A stretch of 64,000 bases of DNA, taken from positions 168 to 64,167 of the forward strand of contig JAKOTZ010000206.1 in the NCBI GenBank assembly GCA_029776995.1, written 5' to 3'. Positions within the stretch are counted from its first letter, which is position 1. Every line of letters begins with the position of its first letter. The stretch is from Candidatus Hydrogenedentota bacterium (GTDB lineage: Bacteria > Hydrogenedentota > Hydrogenedentia > Hydrogenedentales > CAITNO01). A program made the translations under genes and the position numbers. Below, piece by piece: positions 1 to 8,432 of this stretch. The notes under the pieces were generated by a model. The model searched no databases. It was not told where the DNA came from and saw only the letters and a list, made by a program, of their open reading frames with translations.

Positions 1-1667
1 ACCCTGACCATGCGGCCCCGGTAGACATAGCCGGCCAGGGTCATGGCGCCGGTGGAGATGATATTCAGCGCCATTTTGGCCGCGGTGCCCGCTTTCAACC
101 GGGTGGAGCCCGGCAGGGCCTCCGGTCCCGTGTCCAGACAGACCACCAGGTCCGCGGCGATTCCGGGATTAGGGTTGGAAGTCAGCAGGGCTGTGAACAG
201 GCCGAGTTCCCGCGCCTGTTCCAGCACGCCGCGCACGTAAGGCGTTGTGCCGGACGCGGCGATCCCAATTACGACATCCCCCGGGTCCGGGCGCAGCGCT
301 TCCAGATCCGCCCTGCCGGCAGACGGGTCATCTTCGGCGTTTTCCACGCTCCGGATAAATGCCTGTTCCCCTCCGGCCATGAGGGCGACCACCCGGTCAG
401 CCGGCACGCCGAAGGTTGGCGGGCACTCTGCCGCGTCCAGGGCGGCCAGGCGTCCGCTGGTTCCGGCGCCCGCGTAGATGATCCGGTGTCCGGACCGGAT
501 CGCGTTGGCGGCCCGTTCAACCAGCCGGGCCAGCGCGTCCTCCTGACGGGCCACTGCGGGAGCCACGGCGTGGTCCAGTCGGTTCATGCGCCGGACTAGT
601 TCCAGGGGGGTGAGTTCATCCAGCGGAATTTCCGGACGGTGCTGCTCCGTGGGAGGCAGTGGTCCGGGCATCACCATCGGGGCGTCCGCGCGATCCGCGG
701 CATCCTCGTCCCGGATGACCGCGGCCCACGGGGTTTCTTTTTCCACCTCACGCAGGGCTTCGAAAACGGCCCGGTGTCCGGTGAGCGGACATGCCATAAA
801 CTGCATGTCAAGATATTGCCGAACGTTGTCCTGAAAAGCCTCCAGAAACAGCACGCTGTGCCTGAATACCCCGCCGTGGGTGAAGCACCTGACGCCGTCT
901 TCCAGTCCCAGTTTTTCCGCGGCGGATACGGCCAGGGCAGCCAGGCGCCGGGCCTGGTCCTCCACGATGCCCCGGGCGACGAAGTCCCCGCTTTCTGCGC
1001 AGGCCGTGACGATTGATGCCAGCGCGGCCACGGTTCGCTTATCGGCGGTCGCGGCCCATTCCACCAGTTCATCCACCCAGCGGACGCCCAGCGCTCCCAG
1101 CAATTTTTCACTGAGGACGGTTTCAGGACCGGTTCCGTCCTGCCAGGCGCACGCCGCGCGCAGGGCTTCGGCGGCCATGCGCCACGCGCTGCCTTCATCG
1201 CCCAGCAGGGGACCCCGTCCACCCGCGCGCAGAATCCGGCCCCAGCGGTTGCGCGCGAGGATGGCCGATCCGGTACCCGCGATGGCCAGCACGCCGTCTC
1301 CTGGGCCGCTGGCGGCCAGCAGCAGCGGGTGCAGGTCCGTGGTTGCCACCACGAGGCGGGCGGAAAGCGCGTCGCGCAGCGCCCGGGCCGTCTGGACCCG
1401 CTGGCGTTGGGTGGCAAGCCCCGCAATGCCCGCCAGTACGTGCAATGGACGGGGACCGATTTCCAGCATTTCTGACGCCTGCAGCGCCGCATCCACGGGG
1501 GCGCCGGCTCCATAGGCGGCCGAATTGGCCGGCGGTCCTTCCCATTCGGCTGCCAGCGTCCCTTCCGGGGTGTAGTAGCCGAACCGGGATCCCGTTCCGC
1601 CACCCTCTACAGCCAGGGTCCACGGTTCGGATATTGGGATCTTATGGGTATCGGGTGGCTGGTTCAC
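1..1667 (-). CDS. murQ: Fused BadF/BadG-type amino-sugar kinase (MurK/NagK-like) + N-acetylmuramic acid 6-phosphate etherase; runs off the left edge
   Basis: Absent from the ORF track because it has no stop in the window. Manual translation from GTG at 1667 (AAGGA SD upstream) gives LAVEGGGTGSR, AIAGTGS and GGRGPLLGDEGS (BadF kinase). The same frame then gives LPPTEQ..LDEL, YAGAGTSGRLAALDAAECPPTF and GPEALPGSTRLKAGTA (MurQ). Confidence 0.9.
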   Translation of the reverse strand, partial: MNQPPDTHKIPISEPWTLAVEGGGTGSRFGYYTPEGTLAAEWEGPPANSAAYGAGAPVDAALQASEMLEIGPRPLHVLAGIAGLATQRQRVQTARALRDALSARLVVATTDLHPLLLAASGPGDGVLAIAGTGSAILARNRWGRILRAGGRGPLLGDEGSAWRMAAEALRAACAWQDGTGPETVLSEKLLGALGVRWVDELVEWAATADKRTVAALASIVTACAESGDFVARGIVEDQARRLAALAVSAAEKLGLEDGVRCFTHGGVFRHSVLFLEAFQDNVRQYLDMQFMACPLTGHRAVFEALREVEKETPWAAVIRDEDAADRADAPMVMPGPLPPTEQHRPEIPLDELTPLELVRRMNRLDHAVAPAVARQEDALARLVERAANAIRSGHRIIYAGAGTSGRLAALDAAECPPTFGVPADRVVALMAGGEQAFIRSVENAEDDPSAGRADLEALRPDPGDVVIGIAASGTTPYVRGVLEQARELGLFTALLTSNPNPGIAADLVVCLDTGPEALPGSTRLKAGTAAKMALNIISTGAMTLAGYVYRGRMVR

Positions 1668-2703
1668 GGACGTTTCCTTTTGTGAGGGCTGTGCTGAAAG
1701 CGTTGCGGCATGCTGCCGTCCAGCGGAAGGTTTCGGGCCAGGGGGTGCGGGATCCGTCTGAACTGTCTGCCAATACCAGGCCCATGCGGCCGGTCGCATC
1801 AGGTGTCCCGGCATGGGAGATAAAGGGGTCCCAGCAGTATCCCAACAGGGTATGCTGGTCTGGCCCGCCGGCGCCGGCCGCGAATTCGCCCAGACAGGCG
1901 CAGCGGCCTGCGGCCTGTCTGGCAGCGTCGGCCGGAGAAGCTGCGCCGCGGTCCACAATCATCATCGGGCGCCGCAGTGAAGCAGCCATACTCAGCGCCT
2001 CTACGAAAAAAGCGGCGTCGGATCGGTCTGGCGGTGCGATATGGCGGACACGCGTCCAGCTGGAAAACGGGCGGAAAGGAGAAAAACGCACGGTAGTTAC
2101 CCCTTCCCATACCAGGACCAAGAAATCCGAAAATTCCAGCGACGCGGCGGCATCCAGTTGTTCCCCGGTTTTTTTTCTGGCGACGCGAACATCCCAGGGA
2201 CTGTCCGGATCGTCCGGCACAAAAACAGCGCAAGGGAACCACAGCCCCAATTGGGATTCGCCGCCGCTGATTTCCCGCAGGCCGGAAGCCAGCAGATTCA
2301 GGCAGGAAACCCTCTCCGGATGATCCATATGGGGTGTTTCCAGTATCCAGTGTAACGGATTACCGGACATGGACTGCCGCAGGGCGGATGCGTATTCCAG
2401 GGCCTGTTCCGGCTGGGAATCCGGGAACACGCGTACCTTTATAAAAAGTCGTATCCGTTCAGATACCTCGCGAATTCCAGAAAAAGTGTCCCGCTCTCCA
2501 GATGAGCGAAAATAATCGGCATCGGCGACAATAAATTGGAGTCCCAGCCGCGCGGCCAGTTCCAGGTCCTGGGTGGGCAGGCTTGTCCGGCCAGCCGCGG
2601 CATCGGCGGTCGCGGCAGGGAACACCGCGCCCACCGCGAGATCTTTACAGCCGGAATTGGCTTCGGAAGATGTAGTTTTATCCAGTTTGCGCTGTCTGTT
2701 CAT
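1642..2703 (-). CDS. Hypothetical protein, possibly a degenerate TIM-barrel/glycoside hydrolase-like fold
   Basis: Long ORF whose end overlaps the start of the kinase-murQ gene; ATG at 2703 chosen; no clear catalytic motif. Confidence 0.55.
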   Translation of the reverse strand: MNRQRKLDKTTSSEANSGCKDLAVGAVFPAATADAAAGRTSLPTQDLELAARLGLQFIVADADYFRSSGERDTFSGIREVSERIRLFIKVRVFPDSQPEQALEYASALRQSMSGNPLHWILETPHMDHPERVSCLNLLASGLREISGGESQLGLWFPCAVFVPDDPDSPWDVRVARKKTGEQLDAAASLEFSDFLVLVWEGVTTVRFSPFRPFSSWTRVRHIAPPDRSDAAFFVEALSMAASLRRPMMIVDRGAASPADAARQAAGRCACLGEFAAGAGGPDQHTLLGYCWDPFISHAGTPDATGRMGLVLADSSDGSRTPWPETFRWTAACRNAFSTALTKGNVREPATRYP

Positions 2704-2791
2704 GGCGTTTGCCAAACGGCCGCATTACTCCCGGCCAGGGGCAACCGGGCCCCTTCGATTATGGGCTGGCTCTCCGCAACGGCGCAAACGG

Positions 2792-4309
2792 TCAGGGGAG
2801 CAGGGTTGCCGCCGCGCGGTAGTACAGCCGGCTGAGCGCCTGTCCCAGGGACGAATCGCTCAGCACGTTGTCGCGGAACGCCCGCAGGTTTTCGGATGGC
2901 GCGCTGTCCTTGCCGAACCACCGGGCGATGAAACACCAGGATGTTTTTTCACAGGGCTCAGTGTCCGTCAGATGGCAGGCGATGCGGGGAAAGAAATCCC
3001 GGAATGAGGCGTAGTTATCCAGGTTGAGCAGCGGACTGCCACAAACGTGGGAAGTGCCGTTGCTCAGCATGCCGACCAGGCGCAGGTTCGCGTCCACCAG
3101 GAAGAGGCCGGATCCCGAGGACCCGCCCTCCGTAATGCCTTCATCCCAGCGGACTTCATTCTGTTTCACGTACCGGTCGACACACAGCAGGTCCAGGCAT
3201 TCGGAAACGTTCGTGTCGATGATGGTAGCCACGCCCGTTTTCATGGGGGTGGTAGCCGGATAATGGAATCCCCGCGCGGTCTGCCCGACCTGAAGCGCGC
3301 GGGTGTCCCATCCCGCCCAGGCCCTACCGTAGGGGCCGTTGGGCACGCTGTCCAGCATAAGAAAGTGGCCGTCCACCCGTTTATCGTAGGCCACGGAAGT
3401 TTTTCCCGAGCTGCGGGGCAGCAGGTTTGGCTCCGGGTCAGGCGCGTTCAGATTGCAGGCGCCGGTACGGTAGTCCCATATCACCTCAACGTCTTCGTAA
3501 TTCATGCCCGGAGTGTCAAAGCAATGGTGCGCGCTGATCAGCCGGGGCGCGAAATCCGGCGTTCCTGCTTTGTTCAGCAGCGTTCCGGAGCACTGCCCCC
3601 ATTCTCCTCCGGGAAGCGGGATGATCAGCATGGCTTCAGCGGTGGAGATTTCCCGGGCAGTAGGATCCGTGTCGCAGTCCGCCGGGATGGGGCACAGCGA
3701 AAAAACTTTGTCCATCGCGCGGTTGAAACTGGCGATCTGCTCTATTCGCACGGGAGGCAAAGCATCCGGCGACTCCAGAATCAGCAGCGCATATTCACCC
3801 CAGACCGTGTTCAGCCAGTTGCCATTAGGTCGGGCATCCTGTCGGGTCCAGGGACCGAACACCCGCTGGCCGGCGGAGTCTGCCAGGTAAACCCGGTCCT
3901 CAGCGCCCAGACCGTTCAGGTCCACGAGCAGGCGGACAGCTTCAGAAGACGCCGCGCCCGCGGAGATGATCCATCGGAACGCCCCTGATTCGCTTTTCAG
4001 GGAAGCGCGGACAGCCAGGTCCGCGGCATCCCAGCCCGCCGCGACACTCTGGCCGATCCGGGCGGGAAGCGCGGCTTTATCGGAAGAGTCTATCTTGTCC
4101 GCCATGCTATCCGGTTCGGCCAGCCGGGGGGAAGGCGCTTCGGCCGCCAGCGCGCGGAGTTCCGCGGCCGGGAGGGGCCAGTCCAGCCAGGCCAGATCCC
4201 CCTTGGCCGGGGAAAGATACACGTAGTCCGCAAAAAAATCCTGCGTAAACGCCGGACTGCTCATCAGCATGGCCGCGCATAAGATCAGGCCCAGTTTTCC
4301 CGTTTTCAT
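2792..4309 (-). CDS. Secreted trypsin-like serine protease (lysyl endopeptidase-like) with C-terminal CFI-box-CTERM-like domain
   Basis: Signal peptide MKTGKLGLILCAAMLMSSPAF. Triad motifs ISAHHC, VDGHFL and TEGGSSGSGLF. C-terminus CFIA...LRAFRDNVL...GQALSRLYY. Confidence 0.85.
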   Translation of the reverse strand: MKTGKLGLILCAAMLMSSPAFTQDFFADYVYLSPAKGDLAWLDWPLPAAELRALAAEAPSPRLAEPDSMADKIDSSDKAALPARIGQSVAAGWDAADLAVRASLKSESGAFRWIISAGAASSEAVRLLVDLNGLGAEDRVYLADSAGQRVFGPWTRQDARPNGNWLNTVWGEYALLILESPDALPPVRIEQIASFNRAMDKVFSLCPIPADCDTDPTAREISTAEAMLIIPLPGGEWGQCSGTLLNKAGTPDFAPRLISAHHCFDTPGMNYEDVEVIWDYRTGACNLNAPDPEPNLLPRSSGKTSVAYDKRVDGHFLMLDSVPNGPYGRAWAGWDTRALQVGQTARGFHYPATTPMKTGVATIIDTNVSECLDLLCVDRYVKQNEVRWDEGITEGGSSGSGLFLVDANLRLVGMLSNGTSHVCGSPLLNLDNYASFRDFFPRIACHLTDTEPCEKTSWCFIARWFGKDSAPSENLRAFRDNVLSDSSLGQALSRLYYRAAATLLP

Positions 4310-4364
4310 GAGATGCCCTCCGAAGTTGTTCCTATTCAGATTGTACACCCTGAAGGGTGTTGCG

Positions 4365-6419
4365 TCACGGATTGCCCGACTGAATCCGTTGCAGCCGTTC
4401 CCTGCGTTCCATGGATACCGAGGCGCCCAGCCCGGCGGCAAGCACCACCAGTTCAATGGCCCAGAAAAGAGCCAGGTTGAGCCAGATTCCTGACGTGAAC
4501 CCGTAGCTGTGTAGGCCGACCCCCAGCGCGTTGACGCCCCACCAGGAAAAGGCCACGACCATACCCAGCACCACCGACCCGAGTGACATGCCCCACCCCG
4601 CCAGGAACCCGCCCCGTCGGGCGTGGAGCAGGATCAGGCACCACAGTACGATCATCAGCGCGCCGTTTTCCTTGGGATCCCATCCCCAGAACCGGCCCCA
4701 GCTGCGGCTGGCCCAGACCCCTCCCAGTACTGTTCCGGCCAGAGAAAACACCAGGCAGAAACAGACCACCCCATAAATTGCCCGCTGCAGGCCGGCAAAT
4801 TTTTCTCTTCGGGATGGAAACAGCAGGACGCCCAGCATGTGGGCGTGGGCCAGCGCGGCCGCCAGCAGTCCGGCGCCATAACCGATTGTGATGGTCGTGA
4901 CATGGGTGGCCAGCCAGAAATTGGTGTCCAGCACGGCAATGACCGCCGGCATGGTATCCATGCCCTCGGCGGCTTCGTATCGTCCGGCCAGAAACAGGCC
5001 GGCCCCGCCGAGAAGAGCGGCCAGAACCCCAATGATCCAGCCGCGCTGGATCACCTCTATGGTCCAGGCGATCAGGACAGCCGTCAGGGTGGTAAACAGG
5101 ATGGTTTCGTACAGCGTGGTCACCGGCGGACGGCCGCGGATGATGCACCGGAGGGTGATCGCTGCCGCCAGCAGGAGCGTCGGGGGAATCTGCAGCGCCA
5201 TGGCTGCCCAGTATCCCGCCTTCCCCCGGGTAAAACTCCACAGCGGCGCGCCGGCCACGAAGGCCAGCACAAACAGCCACTGTGCCCACAGCAGGAGGTT
5301 CATCCGGTAATACCGCAACTCCAGCGCGACCTTCGCGTTTTGGCCGGCAGGTTCCGCGCGGTCTGCAGTGTACGATACCAGGTCTATCACGGCTTGACGG
5401 AAATCTTTCGGACTCTCGGCTGCGTATAGGGCCTCCCAAAGCTGGACTGACGCAACGGTTGATCGGGCGGATTCGGACATGTCCGGCCGCAGCGCGGTTT
5501 CAATCAGGGACAGCGGATGTTTCCAGGCGTCGTTTTTTGGATCCGCAGAGGGAATTACGGCCAGAGTAGGAGCGGTCGGCAGCGCGCCATAAGCCTGATT
5601 CAGCCGTTCAAACAGCAGGTCTATTCCCTGGCGGACCTGGTCTGAGTTTTGCGCGGCATCTCCTGTATTTTCACCCAGCGCGCGCAAAATCGCCGGAGCT
5701 GTTTCCAGGAAACGGGACAGCGGCACCGATTCCGGACGGTCAAATTTGTCCTCAAACAGGCTTATCCCGCGCAGATCCAGGCGGTTGCGCGCAAAATCGC
5801 CGTAATGAATGAGGGACTCAAAAAAGAGCATGTTTTCGGCCAGCCGGACGACCTGGCGTTCCAGCCAGTTCAGTTCCCTGGATTCTTTCCGGCCCATGGC
5901 CCGGGCCAAAAGCACGAGCTGGTCCCGGCCCGGAGCCAGTTCGGCATAAGCATACCGGTCCCGTTTCTTCTCGTGGGCGCGCAGTCCCAGCGCGGTGATA
6001 ATTTCATCGGTATCGATGTTAAAGCAGGGGCGGGTTACTGCCCGACGGGGATAAAACAGGCATTCGCAGAGCCAGGACATGGCGTCCAGCCGAGTTTTCG
6101 ACCCGTCCGATTCCGAAACAGACAGTGTGGTCCGGGCATTCAGGCGCAGCAGCGCGAACCGGGCAAACGTCGACAGGGGCTTGATGCGTCCGCCTTCCTG
6201 TACGGGCATGCCGGCCAGCAGGTCCGGAATATCCGGCGGCAGCTCAAAAGGCAGATCTTCAGGCAGGGACAGGTCCGCGGCCGGATCGGATGGCTGCGGG
6301 GGCGTTTCGGCCTGGGTTTTGGATAAAAAGCCGGCCGCAGCCGCCAGGGCGATTGCAAAGGCAATTACTTTCGACAGGCAGGCGGCGCGTGTTCGAACGT
6401 GTCTTGCAGGCGTGTTCAT
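4365..6419 (-). CDS. ccsA: Cytochrome c biogenesis protein CcsA/ResC with large N-terminal periplasmic domain
   Basis: WWD motif WASRSWGRFWGWDPKE; conserved His in WLATHV and GLHSYG; multiple TM segments; ATGA overlap with the upstream gene. Confidence 0.92.
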   Translation of the reverse strand: MNTPARHVRTRAACLSKVIAFAIALAAAAGFLSKTQAETPPQPSDPAADLSLPEDLPFELPPDIPDLLAGMPVQEGGRIKPLSTFARFALLRLNARTTLSVSESDGSKTRLDAMSWLCECLFYPRRAVTRPCFNIDTDEIITALGLRAHEKKRDRYAYAELAPGRDQLVLLARAMGRKESRELNWLERQVVRLAENMLFFESLIHYGDFARNRLDLRGISLFEDKFDRPESVPLSRFLETAPAILRALGENTGDAAQNSDQVRQGIDLLFERLNQAYGALPTAPTLAVIPSADPKNDAWKHPLSLIETALRPDMSESARSTVASVQLWEALYAAESPKDFRQAVIDLVSYTADRAEPAGQNAKVALELRYYRMNLLLWAQWLFVLAFVAGAPLWSFTRGKAGYWAAMALQIPPTLLLAAAITLRCIIRGRPPVTTLYETILFTTLTAVLIAWTIEVIQRGWIIGVLAALLGGAGLFLAGRYEAAEGMDTMPAVIAVLDTNFWLATHVTTITIGYGAGLLAAALAHAHMLGVLLFPSRREKFAGLQRAIYGVVCFCLVFSLAGTVLGGVWASRSWGRFWGWDPKENGALMIVLWCLILLHARRGGFLAGWGMSLGSVVLGMVVAFSWWGVNALGVGLHSYGFTSGIWLNLALFWAIELVVLAAGLGASVSMERRERLQRIQSGNP

Positions 6420-7588
6420 GTTGAGCGTTTCCCCGAGGATTTCTGGAGAAAGTCCCGGAACACCTGTCCGTAGTGGATAAGCAGTCCCGCCGTGATGATC
6501 AGGGACGCGTACAGTGCCCACTCTCCGGCAGGATTCCGGCTGACAGACAGCACGGAATACAGCTGAGCGCCCGGTTCCGCGTTCTGAGGCCCCCAGGATG
6601 CCTGATATAACGTGTGGTTCCGGTGGCGCAGGGGTTCGTTCATGCGGATTTCCACTTCCCGGGTGGCGTCCCCTTCGCGCACCTCGACCCGGCTGCTGAA
6701 ATGGCTGGGCATGGCCGTGCCGGGGTGTGTCTCGTGGCGGAATTTAAGCAGTTTTATGGAAAAGGGCAGGGGCCACTCGCGCGGGGCGAGATCCAGGCGG
6801 TATTGGCGTTCGCCGGCGGTCAGAACCAGCGGCGCCCGCTGTCCCGCCCACACCAGCCCCTTCTCCGGCGCCGCATTTGCCGCCGAAAGGATCAGCCCCG
6901 GCAGGTTGCCCGAAGGTTCAGCCGCGGTGGGGCAGGGGACCAGGGTTACCCCGTCGACGCTGTCAGGCCCGGAGTCCGGAACAGGCGCGGCGTTGGGCAG
7001 CCACCGGTAAATGGTGACGGAAAAGGGAAGTTGCGGATGCTCCAGCGAGATCGGCTTTTCGGGGCGGGCGCTGTCAAAATCCCGGTGGTGCACCACATAT
7101 TGTCGGGCAGGTGTGCCCGGATTTCCCAGTTCGGTGATCCGCAGTTCCCAGTCCAGGTAATCTTTGAACGTTGACGCGCTTTCCCCTTCCTCCAGGTCCA
7201 CATACCCTGTCAGGGAATAGTGGAAGGTCACGAATCCCCAGACTCCCAGCAGCAGCACACCGGTATGGGCGATGAGCAGGCCTGGCCGGCGGAGATGTTT
7301 AGGCGCCCGGATCAGCGCGCCGCAAAGAATGTTAATGAAAATCAGGGTAATCAGCAGGTAGCCGCCGGGAAGGGGTAGGGGGATCGAACCGAACAGGGGA
7401 AAAACGGCAATGAAAGACTCGAAATAACGCTGTTGCGCCGGATACAGGCCGATGCGGACCTGCTCTATGGTGCCAATAAACACCAAAACCAGCAGCAGGG
7501 TCAGGAGTATAACGGACATCGCGTAGGAAGCGAAACAGCGGAAAATAGCCGCCGCAAACTGGGTAAGGCCGGCGTTCCGCGGGATCAT
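6416..7588 (-). CDS. ccsB: Cytochrome c biogenesis protein CcsB/ResB
   Basis: N-terminal TMs with AHTGVLL His; HPGTAMPSHFSSRV and IRMNEPLRH..LYQASW; ATGA overlaps at both ends. Confidence 0.85.
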   Translation of the reverse strand: MIPRNAGLTQFAAAIFRCFASYAMSVILLTLLLVLVFIGTIEQVRIGLYPAQQRYFESFIAVFPLFGSIPLPLPGGYLLITLIFINILCGALIRAPKHLRRPGLLIAHTGVLLLGVWGFVTFHYSLTGYVDLEEGESASTFKDYLDWELRITELGNPGTPARQYVVHHRDFDSARPEKPISLEHPQLPFSVTIYRWLPNAAPVPDSGPDSVDGVTLVPCPTAAEPSGNLPGLILSAANAAPEKGLVWAGQRAPLVLTAGERQYRLDLAPREWPLPFSIKLLKFRHETHPGTAMPSHFSSRVEVREGDATREVEIRMNEPLRHRNHTLYQASWGPQNAEPGAQLYSVLSVSRNPAGEWALYASLIITAGLLIHYGQVFRDFLQKSSGKRST

Positions 7589-8298
7589 GAGCCGGAAGCT
7601 TCCCGCAGGCTTTCGCAGAATGCCCGGAAAGCCGCTTTCTGCGCGCGCACGGCTTCGGCGGGTCCGGTCATGCGAATGAACAGGGTCTGGCCGTCCAGGG
7701 GACGGACCACCCCCAGGAAACCCGCATTTTCCAGCGTGCTGCCGCTCATATCCCGGTATGTGCCCTCCATTTCCACGAATATCGCCGGACCGTTCAGCAC
7801 GGTCAGGGTGGGCAGCGCCCCGATCGCCTGGTCTTCCAGGGGATCCAGGCCCATCTGCCGCCGCCACCGGTTGATGTTGGCGGCCGTGCCGCCGCCGTCG
7901 CCGGCCAGCACGGAAATATAACATTCCGCGTCTCCTGCGGCAAAGGTGGCCACGCGCATGGGACGGGACGGAAGTTCGCGCCAGCCTTCGGGTAGGGTCC
8001 AGGTAAAGGCGGAGCCGTTTGCGGAAGTCGGTGCTGGAGTATTTGCGTCATCCGGAACAACCGTGGACCCCACGGGCGGATGGCCCGGCGGTATATCGGC
8101 GCCGGCCGGCGGACCCGGACGGTCCGGTTGAGCCAGCCCCATGCGTTCAGCAGTGGACAGGCCGGACATAACGGCCTGGCTGAATGCTCCATACATTACG
8201 CGTACTTCAGCGATGGTTTGCCGGTTGGGGTCACCACATCCCAGCGGTAAGGCCGCCATTCCAGAGATCAAAACCCATACCACGCGTAGGTACTGCAT
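7585..8298 (-). CDS. Conserved hypothetical lipoprotein heading the ccsBA operon
   Basis: Lipobox-like LGC, PPGHPP motif, WTLPEGW and ANINRWRRQMGL; ATGA-coupled to ccsB. Confidence 0.75.
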   Translation of the reverse strand: MQYLRVVWVLISGMAALPLGCGDPNRQTIAEVRVMYGAFSQAVMSGLSTAERMGLAQPDRPGPPAGADIPPGHPPVGSTVVPDDANTPAPTSANGSAFTWTLPEGWRELPSRPMRVATFAAGDAECYISVLAGDGGGTAANINRWRRQMGLDPLEDQAIGALPTLTVLNGPAIFVEMEGTYRDMSGSTLENAGFLGVVRPLDGQTLFIRMTGPAEAVRAQKAAFRAFCESLREASGS

Positions 8299-8353
8299 AA
8301 ACTGCCATCCTTTTTGATTCTATCTTACCATGCGGAAAATCTTTATCAGTAAT

Positions 8354-8398
8354 AAATACTATTATCATTATACGATTTTTTATTTTTTATGGTATACT
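8354..8398. promoter_or_regulatory. AT-rich divergent promoter region: Fur-box-like site (8354-8372) and extended -10 TGGTATACT (8390-8398)
   Basis: Minus strand TATAATGATAATAGTATTT matches the Fur consensus GATAATGATAATCATTATC at 13/19 positions, 11 of them consecutive. Confidence 0.4.
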
Positions 8399-8432
8399 TT
8401 TTTCGGGTGAAGAGAAATAAGCGAGTGTGGGA

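Noticed and set aside
671-1603. 310-aa minus-strand ORF from the track
   Set aside because: Wrong frame; the kinase and MurQ motifs are in the adjacent unlisted frame.
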